Below, piece after piece: positions 44,680-57,173 of a stretch of DNA of 64,000 bases; within the stretch, counting starts at the first letter, position 1, and each line of letters begins with the position of its first letter. The position numbers and the translations under genes are program-made. The DNA lies in NCBI GenBank assembly GCA_052055015.1, contig JBQJIT010000006.1; one strand, 5' to 3'. The stretch is from Malassezia furfur (Eukaryota). The notes under the pieces were generated by a model. It was not told the DNA's origin and ran no database searches. It worked only from the letters and a program-made list of their open reading frames with translations.

Positions 44680-46062
44680 ATGCACCATGTGTCGTATGAT
44701 GTTGAGGACATGCCGCTGGACAAGCTGCTGCCGAGCATTGCGCGGGAGTCACACAGCGTATGTATGCTCACGGTGTCGTTTGCCGAGCTAAGCGATGTCG
44801 GGTGCCGCAAGTTCCTCGAGGAGATCGAACCCCATGCGCACTGGCGCCGCCTCCAGCCCGGTGATCGCAGCGACCGCATCCCACATGTCGGTGGCGTGCT
44901 GATCGAGCCCGGGATACGCGAGATAGATTTCTCGTCCAACCAGTTTACGTCGTTCGAACGGAGCGGGCTCACAGCCGCCGTGGAGAACAACGCGACGCTC
45001 TCGATCCTCGAGCTGCAGGGCAACGAGCTTGGGAGTGGTGCACCTGCCGAAGCGCGACTTGACGAGATCCGACGCTTTGCACAGGCCGTGGGAACCTCGA
45101 CGCTACGTACACTCAATATCACCGCCAATCGGCTAGGAGATGCAGGTCTGGCGGCGTTCTTCGATGCACTGCCACGCACCGGCACAACGCTCAAGACGTT
45201 GTATCTCTCGGTGAACACATTTGACGACGCATCCGAGTGTCTTGCAGCCGCCAAAAGCATTGCGCGATTCCTCAGCGACCCGCTCGCGAGCCGGGGCCTG
45301 GAGCGCGTGCACCTCAACGGCAACCAGTTCGGCTGGCAGGGCGTGCGCATCATTGTGGACGCTGTGGTGGGCTCGCGCACAGCTTGCACGTATGAATGCA
45401 ATGCTAAGCCTCCCGCTGACTTCGTGGATGCCTCGCCGCCGAACCGCTCACTGCTGTTTCTCGACCTCTTTTCTAACGGGATCGACTCCCTCGTGCCGTC
45501 GTCGGACACCGAGACGACGTACGCGTTTGCATGGGAGGCTGCGTCGCGCCTGACTCCTGCTAACTGGTCCATGTTACTGAGCAACCAGCTTGAGGCAAAC
45601 GAGCGGAACCGCGCCGCGTGTCGCAAAGCCGCCGCGCGGCTGCTGCCCATCGCGCGCGTTGTTGGGTGCCGATCGCGCGATGCGGGGGACCCCGTGGACG
45701 CAAACGCCTTCCCGATCCTGCGCCTTCCGCTCGAGTTGCGTGGCATGATTCTGGCGTACGTCGCGCCCGAGCTGCGCCACACACAGTGGACAGATGTGGT
45801 ACGCTATGCATGTGCACCCAGCACCATGGGCTATGGATTGCGGCAGGTAGACTACCCCATCGACACCGCGCCGCCCGCGGAGATGGTGTTGCCCGTGCCG
45901 CCGTGGTCGTGGGCCGAGTGCTTCGCGACGCGCTCGCGGCCGCGAAATTGGTACGGAGAATGGATCGACTTGCAGCGGGCGCTGCCGGACACGAGCCCAA
46001 CGGACCACACGAGTCCCGACTTGCTCGCGTTTTGGGAATGTACAGGGACCGATCATGCGTGA
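44680..46062 (+). CDS. RNI-like leucine-rich-repeat protein with an F-box-like segment near the C-terminus
   Basis: [62 protein letters not shown]. Confidence 0.7.
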   Translation: MHHVSYDVEDMPLDKLLPSIARESHSVCMLTVSFAELSDVGCRKFLEEIEPHAHWRRLQPGDRSDRIPHVGGVLIEPGIREIDFSSNQFTSFERSGLTAAVENNATLSILELQGNELGSGAPAEARLDEIRRFAQAVGTSTLRTLNITANRLGDAGLAAFFDALPRTGTTLKTLYLSVNTFDDASECLAAAKSIARFLSDPLASRGLERVHLNGNQFGWQGVRIIVDAVVGSRTACTYECNAKPPADFVDASPPNRSLLFLDLFSNGIDSLVPSSDTETTYAFAWEAASRLTPANWSMLLSNQLEANERNRAACRKAAARLLPIARVVGCRSRDAGDPVDANAFPILRLPLELRGMILAYVAPELRHTQWTDVVRYACAPSTMGYGLRQVDYPIDTAPPAEMVLPVPPWSWAECFATRSRPRNWYGEWIDLQRALPDTSPTDHTSPDLLAFWECTGTDHA

Positions 46063-46661
46063 GGATCCTCGCGCTTCTCCGTGGACCGCTCCTGGACGCC
46101 CTTGGCCCAAGCGCGCATGCCACCGGGTGGGATGGTATCCAATGGAGGCACGTCGGCAGGCGACGGCGAGTAGGGGTTGTAGTTGAGCAGTGGCGGCGCC
46201 AGGCCGATCCACGGTGCCACAAACGCACGGGCAAAGATTTCGCCAAACCCGAGAAAGACGCCGTTGATGAACGGCAGCCCCACATTGATCGCGACCGACG
46301 CCGAGAGCAGGAGAAGGCGGCGGGTCCAGGGAACATTGGGCGCAGACAGCGCCGCGAGCGTCAGTTCGCCCGTAGGCGCCGGCTCGATGGTCTCTTCCTC
46401 CGACTCGCCGTCCGAGATACTGATGTCGTCGTCGGGCACCGAGGTCTTTTCGTCCGTCTCCGCGTCGTGAGCGGCTGCTTCCTCGGCGGCCACTTCGTCG
46501 CGCGCCGCCTCCTGTGCCTCCTCCGCGACGAGGTCACCCTCGGTGGCCGCCTCGTCGAACGCTGACTGCATTGTGGGATTCGCCCACGCGGGGAGGCTCG
46601 CCAGCTCCGCGATCCCCTCGCCGGGCCCCTGCTCAGCCGCGTGCGGCGCACGAGACAGCAT
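46053..46661 (-). CDS. MIM1: Mitochondrial import protein Mim1/Tom13
   Basis: AINVGLPFINGVFLGFGEIFA signature. Confidence 0.85.
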   Translation of the reverse strand: MLSRAPHAAEQGPGEGIAELASLPAWANPTMQSAFDEAATEGDLVAEEAQEAARDEVAAEEAAAHDAETDEKTSVPDDDISISDGESEEETIEPAPTGELTLAALSAPNVPWTRRLLLLSASVAINVGLPFINGVFLGFGEIFARAFVAPWIGLAPPLLNYNPYSPSPADVPPLDTIPPGGMRAWAKGVQERSTEKREDPHA

Positions 46662-46713
46662 CGTGTGGAGTGACAAGTGTCGGCCGACGACATTTTCATT
46701 TGCCCTTACCACG

Positions 46714-47764
46714 ATGCCGCCCAAGAAAGGAGGAGGTGGGGGCGGCAGCGGCGCCCCCAAGGTGAAGATCGACAAGGTGCGTGTCTAGACTGACGCAGAC
46801 GTTCGGTATGAAGAACAAGAAAGGTGCCAAGGCCCAGCAGCAGGTCAAGATTATCCAGCAGCAGCAGCAGCAGGCGGGCAAGAGCCGTGAGGCGCTCGCC
46901 AAGCAGAAGCAGAAGGAGGAGGAGAAGCGGCTCAAGGCCGAGGCCGAGAAGAAGCTCAAGGCCGAGGGCCCGCCGATTGTGCAGCCGCGCGTGCCATTCG
47001 GTGTGGACCCGAAGAGCATTACGTGCAACTTCTGGAAAGCCGGCCGCTGTGACAAGGGCTCCAAGTGCAAGTTTGCGCACTCCAACGATGCCCAGCGCAA
47101 GCAGCAAAAGAAGGACCTGTACACCGACACCCGGGACCAGAAAGATGAGGACAAGGACAAGAAGGAGGATACGATGGACAAGTGGGACCAGGAGCGGCTG
47201 AACAAGGTCATCAATATGAAGCACGGCAACCCGCGCACGACCACCGATAAGGTGTGCAAATACTTCCTCCAGGCCGTCGAGGATGGCAAGTATGGCTGGT
47301 TCTGGGAGTGCCCGAACGGTGGTGAAAAGTGCATGTACCGTCACTGCCTGCCGCCGGGCTACGTGCTCAAGTCGGAGCGCAAGGAGCGCGAGGCGCTGGA
47401 AAAGGCCAGCGAGATCTCCCTAGAAGAGTTTTTGGAGTCGGCGCGGCACAAGCTCGGCCCGAACCTGACGCCCGTGACGCCCGAGTCGTTTGCCAAGTGG
47501 AAGAAGGAGCGGCAAGACAAGCGCGTCGCCGAGGAGGAGGCGCAGCGCCAGAAGAAGGCGACGCAGGCCCAGGCCAACAAGCTGGCGGGCCTGAGCGGCC
47601 GGGAGATGTTCGCGCTGAACCCCGACATGTTCGGCGACGAGGACGATGGCGACGACGACGACGGTGCGCTGGACATGACCTCCTACATGCCCTCCGGGTG
47701 GGAGCAGGGGCGCGACGAGGAGGCGCCTACGGAGGAGATGGAGCGGATGCGGGTGGAGGAGTAA
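46714..47764 (+). CDS. TMA46: Tma46/ZC3H15 CCCH zinc-finger DRG regulator; 22-nt intron 46777-46798
   Basis: MPPKK...IDK|TFGMKNK, GVDPKSITCNFWKAGRCDKGSKCKFAH, GKYGWFWECPNGG, LTPVTPESF. Confidence 0.93.
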
Positions 47765-47827
47765 TGCGAGGCGCACACGGCGCGGGGATCGACGTAGTAT
47801 ATGAATACAAAAGGCGCCTGATGGCGC

Positions 47828-50273
47828 TCACGCACGACTTGCGCCGCCGCGCCAGCCGGCGTTGCCGAGGTAGTTTTGCGCGCTCTGCGCCAAGGCGCTC
47901 CAGGCGATGCCCTCACCACCGCCCGCGTTCGTCCAGTGGTGGAGCGCGGTGCTGAGCAGGCCGCCCGTCTGGGTTTGCGACACGGCAGACATAATGGTCG
48001 GGCCGCTCTCGGGGATGTCGGGCATCGCCTCTTGCTTGACCTTGCGCCGGGCGCTTTCCATGAGCGCGGTGACATCGGCCTTTTCCATGTCGTCGCGCGC
48101 GCGCAGCAGCGCCTCGAGGAAGGCAAGGTTCGGCCCGTGCGCCTTGGCAAATGTCCAGTACGGCAGGAAGACCATCGCGGGCGAGGAGGAGAGGATCGCG
48201 TGGCTGCGTCAGTGGGCCCGGGGGAACGTACATCATGTGGAGGACCTCGACGCGGCTCGTGGCCTCTTCGGGCGGCCGCATCGACGAGATGAGCTGCGTG
48301 AGCTCCCCGATGTCGGTAATGAAACGCTCGGCGGCCTTGGGCATGCGCAGGCGCGCGGCGCGGCGCAGCGTCGTAAGGTAGGCAACGAACAGGCGCGACA
48401 CCAAGTCGTCGGAGAGCACGTCGAACAGGTTGGGCTCGAGGCGCGCGGCGTAGTCCGCGACGTAGTCGCGCACCGTTTCGCAGATGGTCGCCGTGGTGCC
48501 CTCGACGTACCACGCAGGGAACGTGAACAAATCGTGGAATGCGGGACGCAGGTCGAACAGCACGATCTCGACGAGGAGCTGCGTGCAGTGTTTGCTGATG
48601 TCCAAGAAGCCATTGAGGGTATTGTCGATGTTTTCGCGCACATGTGCCTTATACTGCGCCGCGACAAGCGGCTCGACGCGCGCCAGGAGCGCCTCGCTCT
48701 GGTCCGCGCTCGCAAGCTGGTCGTTTGCGAGGGCGATCATGTACTCGACGAGGCCGCCGTTGACCTCCTCGGGACGCTTCGCCGTGGTCTGCTTCTTGAA
48801 CTCCTGTTGGACGATCTGGAGCCAGGAGGCCTGGCGGTTGCGCATCACGGTGCACGCATGGTCGATCACGCGCACGAGCAGCTCGGCGTCGCCCGCGTGC
48901 GCCGCCGTGTCGATCTGCTGGTTGACCATGCGGAAGAGGATGACGCACGACGACAAGAGGTACATGCCGTTCGCGTCCTCGTCCGGCGCCTTTTCGCGGG
49001 TCACGAATGCGGTGATCTCGTCGTGCATCAGCGTCGCGGTCCACTCGTCCATCTTGCGCGTAAGCAGCGAGAGGTAGTCGTCCATGATGTTTTCCTCGCG
49101 CCCGCCGAGCAGCGACGGCTGGAGCCAGGCCTCTTCGATCCCGCGCGCGGGTTCGAGCAGGCGCGACTGGTGCTGCTGCGCTAACTGGTACAGCTCGAGG
49201 AGCTCGGTAGCGCCTGCGTCCTGGACCGCGACCTTGTCCTGGAGCAGCTGGCCGAGCGCGCGGTGGTAGGTCTGGACGTAGGTGCGGTAGATGTGGTAGG
49301 ACTCGGGGAAGAGGGACACGACCTGCGTGCGCACCACATTGAGGTCCGCGTACATCCACTGCGCCTGTTCAAAGAAGCTCAGCGGCGACGGCTCCTGCGC
49401 CTCCTCCCAGCTCGCCTCGAGTCGGCGCTGCGTGGTGAGGAGCAGCGTGTCTTGCAGCTTGATGCGGTACAACTTGATCGTGTGTCCGTACGTCGCCATG
49501 CTGCGGAAGCGTGCGGAGCCCTCGATGTTGGCGCGCTTTGCCAGACGGATCGCCGCCGTCTTTTCGTCCTCGCGGTTCTCGCGCTCGAGGATCGCGACGA
49601 GGCGCACCACGACGCCCTGCTGCCCCGCGCGCACGAGGTTCAGGATGTTGGCGCAGAGGAGCATGAGGTATGTCTCGAACGACGACAGGAGTGTCTCGAG
49701 CGGCTCGAGCATCTGGACAAGCTGCTGCTGTACGACGTCGCTGCTCCCCGCGGCGAGGTGCAGCGTCTCGTTCCGGAACGCCTCCCATTGCATGATGCGG
49801 TGGTGCAGGGAGAGCAGCTCGGGCGCGGGGCCGAGCAGGTTTGCCTGGTACTCTCCGAGCGTCTGCGCGAGCTCGCGTACCTCGATGGGCAGCTGCTCGA
49901 GCTTGGCGAGCAGCGCGGTGGTTTGGACGAGCGTGCGGCGCACCTGGGACAGCTCGCTGATTGTGCGGAAGCTGTTGCCGCCCCGTGTGTCCTTGGTGGA
50001 GCCCCCGCCCTCGCTCTGTGCATCGTTGCACATCGACTCGATCTGCGAAAAGACTTCGTGGATGCCGGCGGCCTCGCGGCGGGTCGACTGCAGCTGGAGA
50101 AGACCCTCGCGCACCGCCTCGAGCTGGTCCTTGGCGCCGACCTTGAGCTTGGCCGAGAGCGTCGCATGCTCGCGCGTGAGCTTGCGACGCAGTGCCGTGA
50201 TCTTAGCGAGGTCATCCGGCGACTTGAGGTGCTCGGCGATGAGGCCCGCCGGATTCGTCGCGTTCCACGCCAT
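47828..50273 (-). CDS. SEC6: Exocyst subunit Sec6; 28-nt intron 48204-48231
   Basis: PDDLAKI, LFRMVNQQID, GLVEYMIALANDQ, spliced HMI|HAILSSSPAMVFLPYWTFAKAHG...LLRARDD. Confidence 0.88.
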
Positions 50274-50341
50274 GGCGGGAGGGTACGTGCGTTGCGCGTG
50301 GAGAAGACCTATTAGGTACAAAACATGTTATGGTACAAAGC

Positions 50342-52822
50342 CTACGGGGCGTCCGGCGCCGGCGACGGCGCGCGGGGCGCCAAGTGTGGGTCGATGGGCG
50401 AACGCATGCGCGTGTCGACGGGGAACAAGTGGGTGGGCAGCGACGCGGTGGTCACCAAGGATGGGCGCCGCGACTCGAGCATCATGGGCGACGGACCGCG
50501 CGACGGCGGCCGCGACGCAAACCGCGAGCCGGACGCCACGGCGGCTGACGACGTGGCGTACGGCGTGCGCGGCGCACTGGGTGTGTCGCAGCGCGCATCG
50601 CCGATCGGCGACACGGCGCGCGACACGCGCCCCGAGCCGAGCGGCGTCGAAGGCTGCGACGGCGAAAAGACGGGCGTGTGTGGCGATGGGGAATGCTCGC
50701 GCACCAGCGCCGACGCCCACGGCGCCGGCACGCGCGGATAGCCGTCGCGCGTCAGCTGCTCGGGCTGCTGGTCGTGCAGCCGGCACGGCACAACGCGCAC
50801 GCTCAGCGCCGGCTCCGCGTCGCGCTTCGACGGGGGCACCGGCGGACCGCCCCGTACGAACCGCTTGAATTGGTGCTGCGCGTATGCGGCGGTGTCGTGC
50901 ACCATGGCCGATAGCGCGCTACGCCGCGCCTTGCGCGCCTGCTTGCGCCGCAGCGAGCGCCGCGTACGCAGCGGGACACGCTCGAGCGCGTCGCCGGTGT
51001 CAACCCACGCATCCTCGGCCGCCGCGCCGTCCAGCGGCTTGTCGCGGCTCGTGTCGTTGGTGGGGAGCGGCGTCCAGGCGGTGCGGTCCGCGCGTGTGCG
51101 CCAGCGCCACACAAGGCCGCACACCACGGCGAGCAGGACGAGGCACGGGGGCCATACAGCTGCGGCCGACCATGCGCTGCCGAGCGTGGGTGCGGCGCTG
51201 CCTGGCGCGCCGATGGGCAGCGCTGCGGCGTCGGCGGTGCACGTCGTGCACGGCGCGTCTGGGATGTGGGCGCTGGCCTCGAGGATCGCCTTGCCGAGCG
51301 CCCAGCTCACCGAGACGCCGCGCACGTCGTTGATGCTCTGGAACAGGTTCTTGTCGCTCGCCTTGTCCGGCAGGTCGTGCGTCTCGTCGGTGGCGTTCCA
51401 GCGCGCGTCGCCCTCGCCAAGGCGCGGCAGGCGGAGGCCCTCGTGGAGCACGGTGATGACCCACGCGGCCTTGAAGCACTGCATCTGCAGGCGCGAGAGC
51501 GTGACCTGCTCCTTGTAGTGCTTCTGCGAGAGCTTCGCCTCGAGCGTCGTCCACTCCTCGGCGCAGAACTTTTGTGCGGCCTGCTGGTAGGTGGTGTAGT
51601 CGTACGCGCCTCCCAGGTCAAACACGTCGTGCGAGCTGTACCAGTACTCGGACACGCCGATAAACTGGTTGCTCGTAAAATCGATCGCCGGCACATGCAC
51701 GCCGTGGAAGAGGCAGGGCGGGCGCGCACACTCCGCCTCGCGGTCGAGCAGCGGCTGCTGCAGCGCGAGGCATTGCGAGAAGCTGCCGGTGCCCACCACG
51801 TCGCCTACCTCCTCGTGGCTGATGCGCAGATTCTTGGGCAAGCACGGGTCCTGCATCGGCGCCGCCAGGCCGTGCGCCTCGGCGAGCGACGCAAGGTAGC
51901 GCGTACGCGCCGCGTTCGTGCCGAACCCGAGAAAAGTCGTGACAAACACCTGGTGCTTGACCGTCGATGCATCAAGCCGCCGGAAGTGCACGTCAAACAG
52001 GTCCTTCTGCAGCGGCGTACTGGCCTCGGTGCCGGTCGCATCCGAGACCGCCAGCGCCTCCGCGGAGGGCTCAAAGGCGATCTGCGTGCTCGCGCCGCCC
52101 ATGTCCAGAAATCCATACGTCGTGGTGCCGTTCATCGTCTCCGTCGCTTCGTCGCGCACACCGTCGGCGGGCAGCGACCGGAAGCCGTCCATGAGGTAGT
52201 TGATCGCAATCCACCCAAACAGGCCCTCTTCCTCGCCAGAGATGACACGCACCTGCCCACCGCATGCACTGTCCGCATCCTCGGTTGCCGTGCTGTTGCG
52301 TACGGCAAACGGGAGTGTATGCAGCACACGGCACGTCTCCTGCAAAATGGCCTTGCGCGCCGTCGGCTCGAGCATGCGCATGCCCGCGGTCGCCAGCACA
52401 TGGATCGGCGTGCGCGCCCATGCGTCGGGCGGCACAACGCTCTGGACGTGCGAAAAGAGTTCCTCGAGGTACACACGCACATCGTCGACGCGCCCGGCAA
52501 ACGACGACAGGCCGGGCTCGAGCTTGACTTGCCACGGCCGCTGCGAGCCCTCCCATGTGCCCTTCTCGACGACAGGCAACACGTCCAGCGGCATGTTCTT
52601 CTCCACACGCACGCTCCGCTCGCGCTCCACGTCACGCCACGAATACACCATCAGACGCGAGCCCGAGGAGCCGGCGTCCACGATCACAGCATAATGCCGG
52701 TGCGCCTGCCACTCGGCCTCCTCGGCGCTCTGGCCCGAGGGTGGGAAAATGATCGGCTTGCGCTTCTGCAGCCGCATACCTACACGGCGCTCGGTTCCAC
52801 GCGAACTCGTCTCGGTGCTCAT
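50342..52822 (-). CDS. YND1: GDA1/CD39-family apyrase with a C-terminal TM helix and cytosolic tail (Ynd1-like)
   Basis: VDAGSSGSR, ATAGMR, SGEEEGLFGW, DMGGASTQ, SWALG. Confidence 0.88.
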   Translation of the reverse strand: MSTETSSRGTERRVGMRLQKRKPIIFPPSGQSAEEAEWQAHRHYAVIVDAGSSGSRLMVYSWRDVERERSVRVEKNMPLDVLPVVEKGTWEGSQRPWQVKLEPGLSSFAGRVDDVRVYLEELFSHVQSVVPPDAWARTPIHVLATAGMRMLEPTARKAILQETCRVLHTLPFAVRNSTATEDADSACGGQVRVISGEEEGLFGWIAINYLMDGFRSLPADGVRDEATETMNGTTTYGFLDMGGASTQIAFEPSAEALAVSDATGTEASTPLQKDLFDVHFRRLDASTVKHQVFVTTFLGFGTNAARTRYLASLAEAHGLAAPMQDPCLPKNLRISHEEVGDVVGTGSFSQCLALQQPLLDREAECARPPCLFHGVHVPAIDFTSNQFIGVSEYWYSSHDVFDLGGAYDYTTYQQAAQKFCAEEWTTLEAKLSQKHYKEQVTLSRLQMQCFKAAWVITVLHEGLRLPRLGEGDARWNATDETHDLPDKASDKNLFQSINDVRGVSVSWALGKAILEASAHIPDAPCTTCTADAAALPIGAPGSAAPTLGSAWSAAAVWPPCLVLLAVVCGLVWRWRTRADRTAWTPLPTNDTSRDKPLDGAAAEDAWVDTGDALERVPLRTRRSLRRKQARKARRSALSAMVHDTAAYAQHQFKRFVRGGPPVPPSKRDAEPALSVRVVPCRLHDQQPEQLTRDGYPRVPAPWASALVREHSPSPHTPVFSPSQPSTPLGSGRVSRAVSPIGDARCDTPSAPRTPYATSSAAVASGSRFASRPPSRGPSPMMLESRRPSLVTTASLPTHLFPVDTRMRSPIDPHLAPRAPSPAPDAP

Positions 52823-53092
52823 TCCACAAGCGCCATCCGTCCGCCAGCGCCGATGCGTGGGCAAACAAGACTCGTTGTAGGCCGCCGTGTCGCAAAGTCG
52901 CTTCCAAAATCGGATACCAGCCAATCAGGGGCGACAAACCCTTTAGGGTGTGAAGTCACGTGCTCCTCCACACCCCAGGGTGCTATGCGTCAGGCGTCGA
53001 GCCCACACGGGCGAGCACGTCGACGGTCGCACGCGGAAGCTTATTACGCACAAGGACCCTTAGAGCACAGAGCAACAGAACAGCGGAATTCT

Positions 53093-53835
53093 ATGTCAAA
53101 GGTTAGCATACAGCATCGTTCCCTGACACCAGGCCCAGATCCTGCGTGAATACAAGCTCGTCGTGGTCGGCGGGGGAGGTGTAGGGAAGTCGGCCCTCAC
53201 CATCCAGTTCATGCAGAACCAATTTGTGGATGAGTATGATCCGACCATCGAAGGTACGCATTCGCATGCACTCTGACCTACAGACTCCTACCGAAAGCAG
53301 GGTGTCATCGATGAAGAACCAGCATTGCTCGATGTGCTCGACACGGCAGGCCAGGAAGAGTACAGCGCAATGCGCGAGCAATACATGCGCACCGGCGAGG
53401 GGTTCCTCCTCGTGTACAGCATCACAAGCCGGAGCTCGTTCGAGGAAGTCAGCACATTCTACCAACAGGTGCTCCGCGTAAAGGACCGAGACTACTTCCC
53501 CGTGGTCATGGTAGCCAACAAGTGCGACTTGGAAAGTGAACGACAGGTCAGCACTGCAGGTACGTGGGGTAAACGCAACTGACACACCAGAGGGCTACGA
53601 TGTTGCAAAGCGGTTCGGATGTCCATTCGTCGAGACTTCGGCCAAGCAGCGTGTCAACGTCGACGAGGCCTTCAACGACCTCGTTCGTGAAATCCGCCGG
53701 TACAACAAAGAGCAGACGTACGGACACATTGGACCGTATGGCATGAACGCTAGCGCACCGGGTGTCGCACACACTTCCAACGTGTCCGACTCTGACGTCG
53801 TCTCCAAGGGGTGCAAGGGCTGTGTCATCATGTAA
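53093..53835 (+). CDS. RAS1: Ras GTPase; introns 53102-53132, 53254-53283, 53560-53590
   Basis: [26 protein letters not shown]...YDPTIE|DSY...DTAGQEEY...NKCD...ETSAK...CVIM (CAAX). Confidence 0.95.
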
Positions 53836-54211
53836 CCTCGAGCCACTCTCACCTCGCGGCTCGACCGCTACACATCCATACCCTCCATCGGCTCTCCAAA
53901 GATGGTTTTCCTCTTTTGTAATGCTATAGAGTCACATGCTCACAATATGGTTCTCTCCAGATCGTGGCGGTGTTGCCACAGCACGCCAAGACTTCCCGCA
54001 AACTTGGGTCATGTGCAAACGCAAAGCACGGTTAGGGCCGGGCCGCCACAGTGCACCTCTCCAAACTCTTTCCAATGTCAAACAGTGTATTACCATACTT
54101 CTATCAAACAGCATAAACCCTCCTCATTAACCGCTAATGATGTGTGGGATAGTGACCCTTAGGAACGAAATATACTGGCTCTACCAAACCACAACACAAT
54201 TAATGCGGACT

Positions 54212-54925
54212 TTAGATGAGAGCGGCAACGGCAACGCCGACAACGCCAGCAACCATCGCGGGGAGACCCGAGAAGGTCGCGGCACCGTTCTGCGACGAGG
54301 ACGAGGAGCTGGGAGCCGACGAGCTCTCAGCAGCCGACGACGAGGGGCCGTTGTCCGACGAGGTGGGGCCGCTCGACTCCGAGCTCGACGCACCGGCGCC
54401 ACCAGCACCGCCCGACGAGGAGGAGCCCGAGTCGGACGAAGAGGCGGCCGACGACGACTGCTCCGACGACGAGCTGCGCGAGCGGTGCGAGGAACCGCCC
54501 GAGCTCGAAGCGGCACCGGCGCCACCGGCACCGCCGCTGCCGCCGCTCGAGCTGCTGCCACCGCTGCTCGACGAGCCGCCGCCGTTCGAGCAGTCAGTCG
54601 AGCCCTGGCCGACGGTGACGGGGGCCGAGGCGGCACCGGCACCGGTGCTGTCGGTCACGTAGATGGTGAACTTGTCACCGGCCGAGACGGTGGGCGACCA
54701 GGTGATGCTGGTGTCCGAGGTCTGGCTGGGGATGTCGGTCTTGATGACATCGGCGGTGTTGCCGGGGGCAGTGATCTTGGGGTAGTAAGGAGCCTGGCCA
54801 CCGTGCCACGAGATCTTCAGGGGCTGGCACTGCGAGGCCGACATGGGAGTGTCGACCTGGAAGCTCTGCGCCGTAACAACGGCGGCAGAGACAGCGGCGA
54901 AGGCAGCAATCGTCTTAGCGAACAT
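54212..54925 (-). CDS. Secreted Ser/Gly-rich, probably GPI-anchored cell-wall protein
   Basis: Signal peptide, ~95-aa domain (TPMSASQCQPLKISWHGGQAPY...STDC), Ser-rich stalk, NGA omega-like site and hydrophobic tail. Confidence 0.8.
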   Translation of the reverse strand: MFAKTIAAFAAVSAAVVTAQSFQVDTPMSASQCQPLKISWHGGQAPYYPKITAPGNTADVIKTDIPSQTSDTSITWSPTVSAGDKFTIYVTDSTGAGAASAPVTVGQGSTDCSNGGGSSSSGGSSSSGGSGGAGGAGAASSSGGSSHRSRSSSSEQSSSAASSSDSGSSSSGGAGGAGASSSESSGPTSSDNGPSSSAAESSSAPSSSSSSQNGAATFSGLPAMVAGVVGVAVAALI

Positions 54926-55452
54926 CTTTGGGTGATGTGGGTATGAGAAGAGAGTGGGCGGTGTGTGCGCTCGTTTTGAGTCTCGAGCGGGCCACGCCCG
55001 CGTGGCGGCTGCGGCTGGGTAGATGTATTCTCACGCGGGCAGAATGTCCGTGTTATTTCCATTCAAGCAAGCCCATGCCTAATTTCCGCAGCCCAGCGTT
55101 TACGTGGCACTCATCCGAATGGTTACAATGGGCCGAAGTCGAAGTCATGCATACGTAATATTTTGTGATTGGTTGGATTTGGAGTCTATTGACAGTCTGT
55201 GCAACATCGTGCACGGGCTTAACAAAATTTTGGCCTGTCCTGTTGGCGACCCAACACTGTGGCAGTGCCCAATAAACATCCCACCGAGCCGTGGAGTTAG
55301 GTCCATGCGCAGTTCGCATATTCGCGAACTGACCCGGTCCGTGGAGAAAGGGCCGCTGAGGAAGTTGTCACGCGAGCGCAAGAAAGGAACAGGCACGTGT
55401 TCGCGTTGCAAGTGGAGATCGATCGAAGCCGCCGGCCACAGGTTTGGCGTCC

Positions 55453-56779
55453 ATGCGGGGTACCGACGCACAGAATCCTTTGGCGACGCCAGAGCGCTTC
55501 TCGTATCCCCATGCAGCTCAGTCGGAGATAGTCCGTGCTCACCAAAAAGATGTATACTATCGTGATCAATTCTACGCACAATTAAAAGAGGTCGCGAGCG
55601 ACGTGTTGGGCTCACGGCGCAGCCATGTATATGGAGAACTGCTGTCGCTTGTCGCGAGTGTCGCTTATTTCGGGCTGAGCACGCTTGGAGGTGCTCAGTC
55701 CCTAGGTGAGGAGTATGTGAATGCGGTGATGCGGTACCGTCCAACAGGCCGGATCATTCACGCCAAGGTATGTTACAACACTCACGCGAAAGCGACGCGC
55801 TGTTTTCATTATCTTGCACATTGTCGCACCCTTTGTGCTGAAACAGGCATACAGTCTATTGCGTCTTTACCTCACGCGCAAAGACCAGCAAATTGCCCAG
55901 CGGAACCAGCGCGAGCTCGTTCGTGCACAAATTGCGGCGGCTCAGGAGAAGCCTACCGAAGTTGTTCGTCGAAACTGGTATAAGCGTCTGCAACAAAAAT
56001 ATGAGGCAACGGTGCAATGGCTGGCCCTTGTACTACCAGGATCGCATGTGCTCGAAGCATCCAATGGCCTCGTGGCCTATATATCCGCTGCTCAGCTCAC
56101 CGTGTTCTACTTGTTTGGCCGGTATTACACGTTGGCTCATCGCCTTGCAAAAGTGGACTATCTGTACGCAAGCGCGCATCGTCCCAACTCGCGCCCACAG
56201 TCGTATGAGGTTTTGGGTGTGCTCCTTGGAACACAACTGCTTGTCAAATTGGGTATGACGATCCATGCAAGCTACAAGAAATACAAGGAAAACACATTGC
56301 AGGCATCAGAGAACGATGCAATGATGAACGCAACCGATCCATCTAATTCTGTGCGCCCTTCCATGTCTGTGCAGCTCGATGATATTTACGTTTCGCACGG
56401 CGACCAAGCAGCCGCGCCATTGGGCCACAAACAGCCGGCGGGCCTTCCCCTGGATTACCCTGATGCGAGTGCACCGCTGACTCCCGAACAGCTGGGTTTC
56501 CCGCTTAAGATGGACGCGGCGGACCGGTCACGTTTTGAGGCGGCACAGGCCGCATGCCGTGCGAAGACCACCCAGCTTGAGACCGTTGCTGACGAGGTGC
56601 TGCGATGTACATTGTGCATGGACCGACGCACGCCCGAAATGGGCAACAGCGCGGTAACAGAATGTGGTCATGTCTTCTGTTGGGATTGTATCACGGGCTG
56701 GATCAAGGAGAAACCTGAATGCCCCCTCTGTCGCCAAGCGGTGCAGGCAAATAAGCTTATTCCGATCTACAATTTGTAA
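55453..56779 (+). CDS. PEX10: Peroxin Pex10; 25-nt intron 55768-55792
   Basis: AAQSEIVRAHQKD, QSLGEEY, FYLFGRYY, SYEVLG, C3HC4 RING CTLC...CGHVFCWDCI...ECPLCR. Confidence 0.93.
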
Positions 56780-56921
56780 GAACCGCACACAATTTCGTGT
56801 ATTGAACGGTGAGAGAAGACGCCAAGAGGAAGCATGAACTTGCCAAGGCATGGTTGGCTTGGTGTGATACAGGGGCCACATGGCCACCGGAGAGCCCCAA
56901 GTGTAATTGAATTTCGCCGAC

Positions 56922-57173
56922 TTAGTTCGCAGGAAGCGACACGGAGGGAGTGGGATCGTTCGCGCTACTAGACGGTAGGGTGAACGACACACTGCTCGTG
57001 GGAAGCAAGGAACTGAAGTCCGAAAAGGTCGTGGCTCTTTTCACGCGCGGCCTTACGGAGCTGGATTGTGATTCAGGGCTCGGAGCGCTAGCGGTCATGT
57101 TGCTTGGGTGAGCCTGGGCAGCGACAGCGGCAATGGCGAGCGCAGAGAAGACAACGGTCGACTTGATGAACAT
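56922..57173 (-). CDS. Small secreted Ser/Pro-rich protein (83 aa) with a KR site
   Basis: Signal peptide MFIKSTVVFSALAIAAVAA; RVKR followed by a 37-aa segment. Confidence 0.6.
   Translation of the reverse strand: MFIKSTVVFSALAIAAVAAQAHPSNMTASAPSPESQSSSVRPRVKRATTFSDFSSLLPTSSVSFTLPSSSANDPTPSVSLPAN

Noticed and set aside
44601..45782. 390-aa N-terminal extension of the ADE2 ORF
   Set aside because: It is antisense to the LRR gene; Ade2 begins [15 protein letters not shown] at 44600
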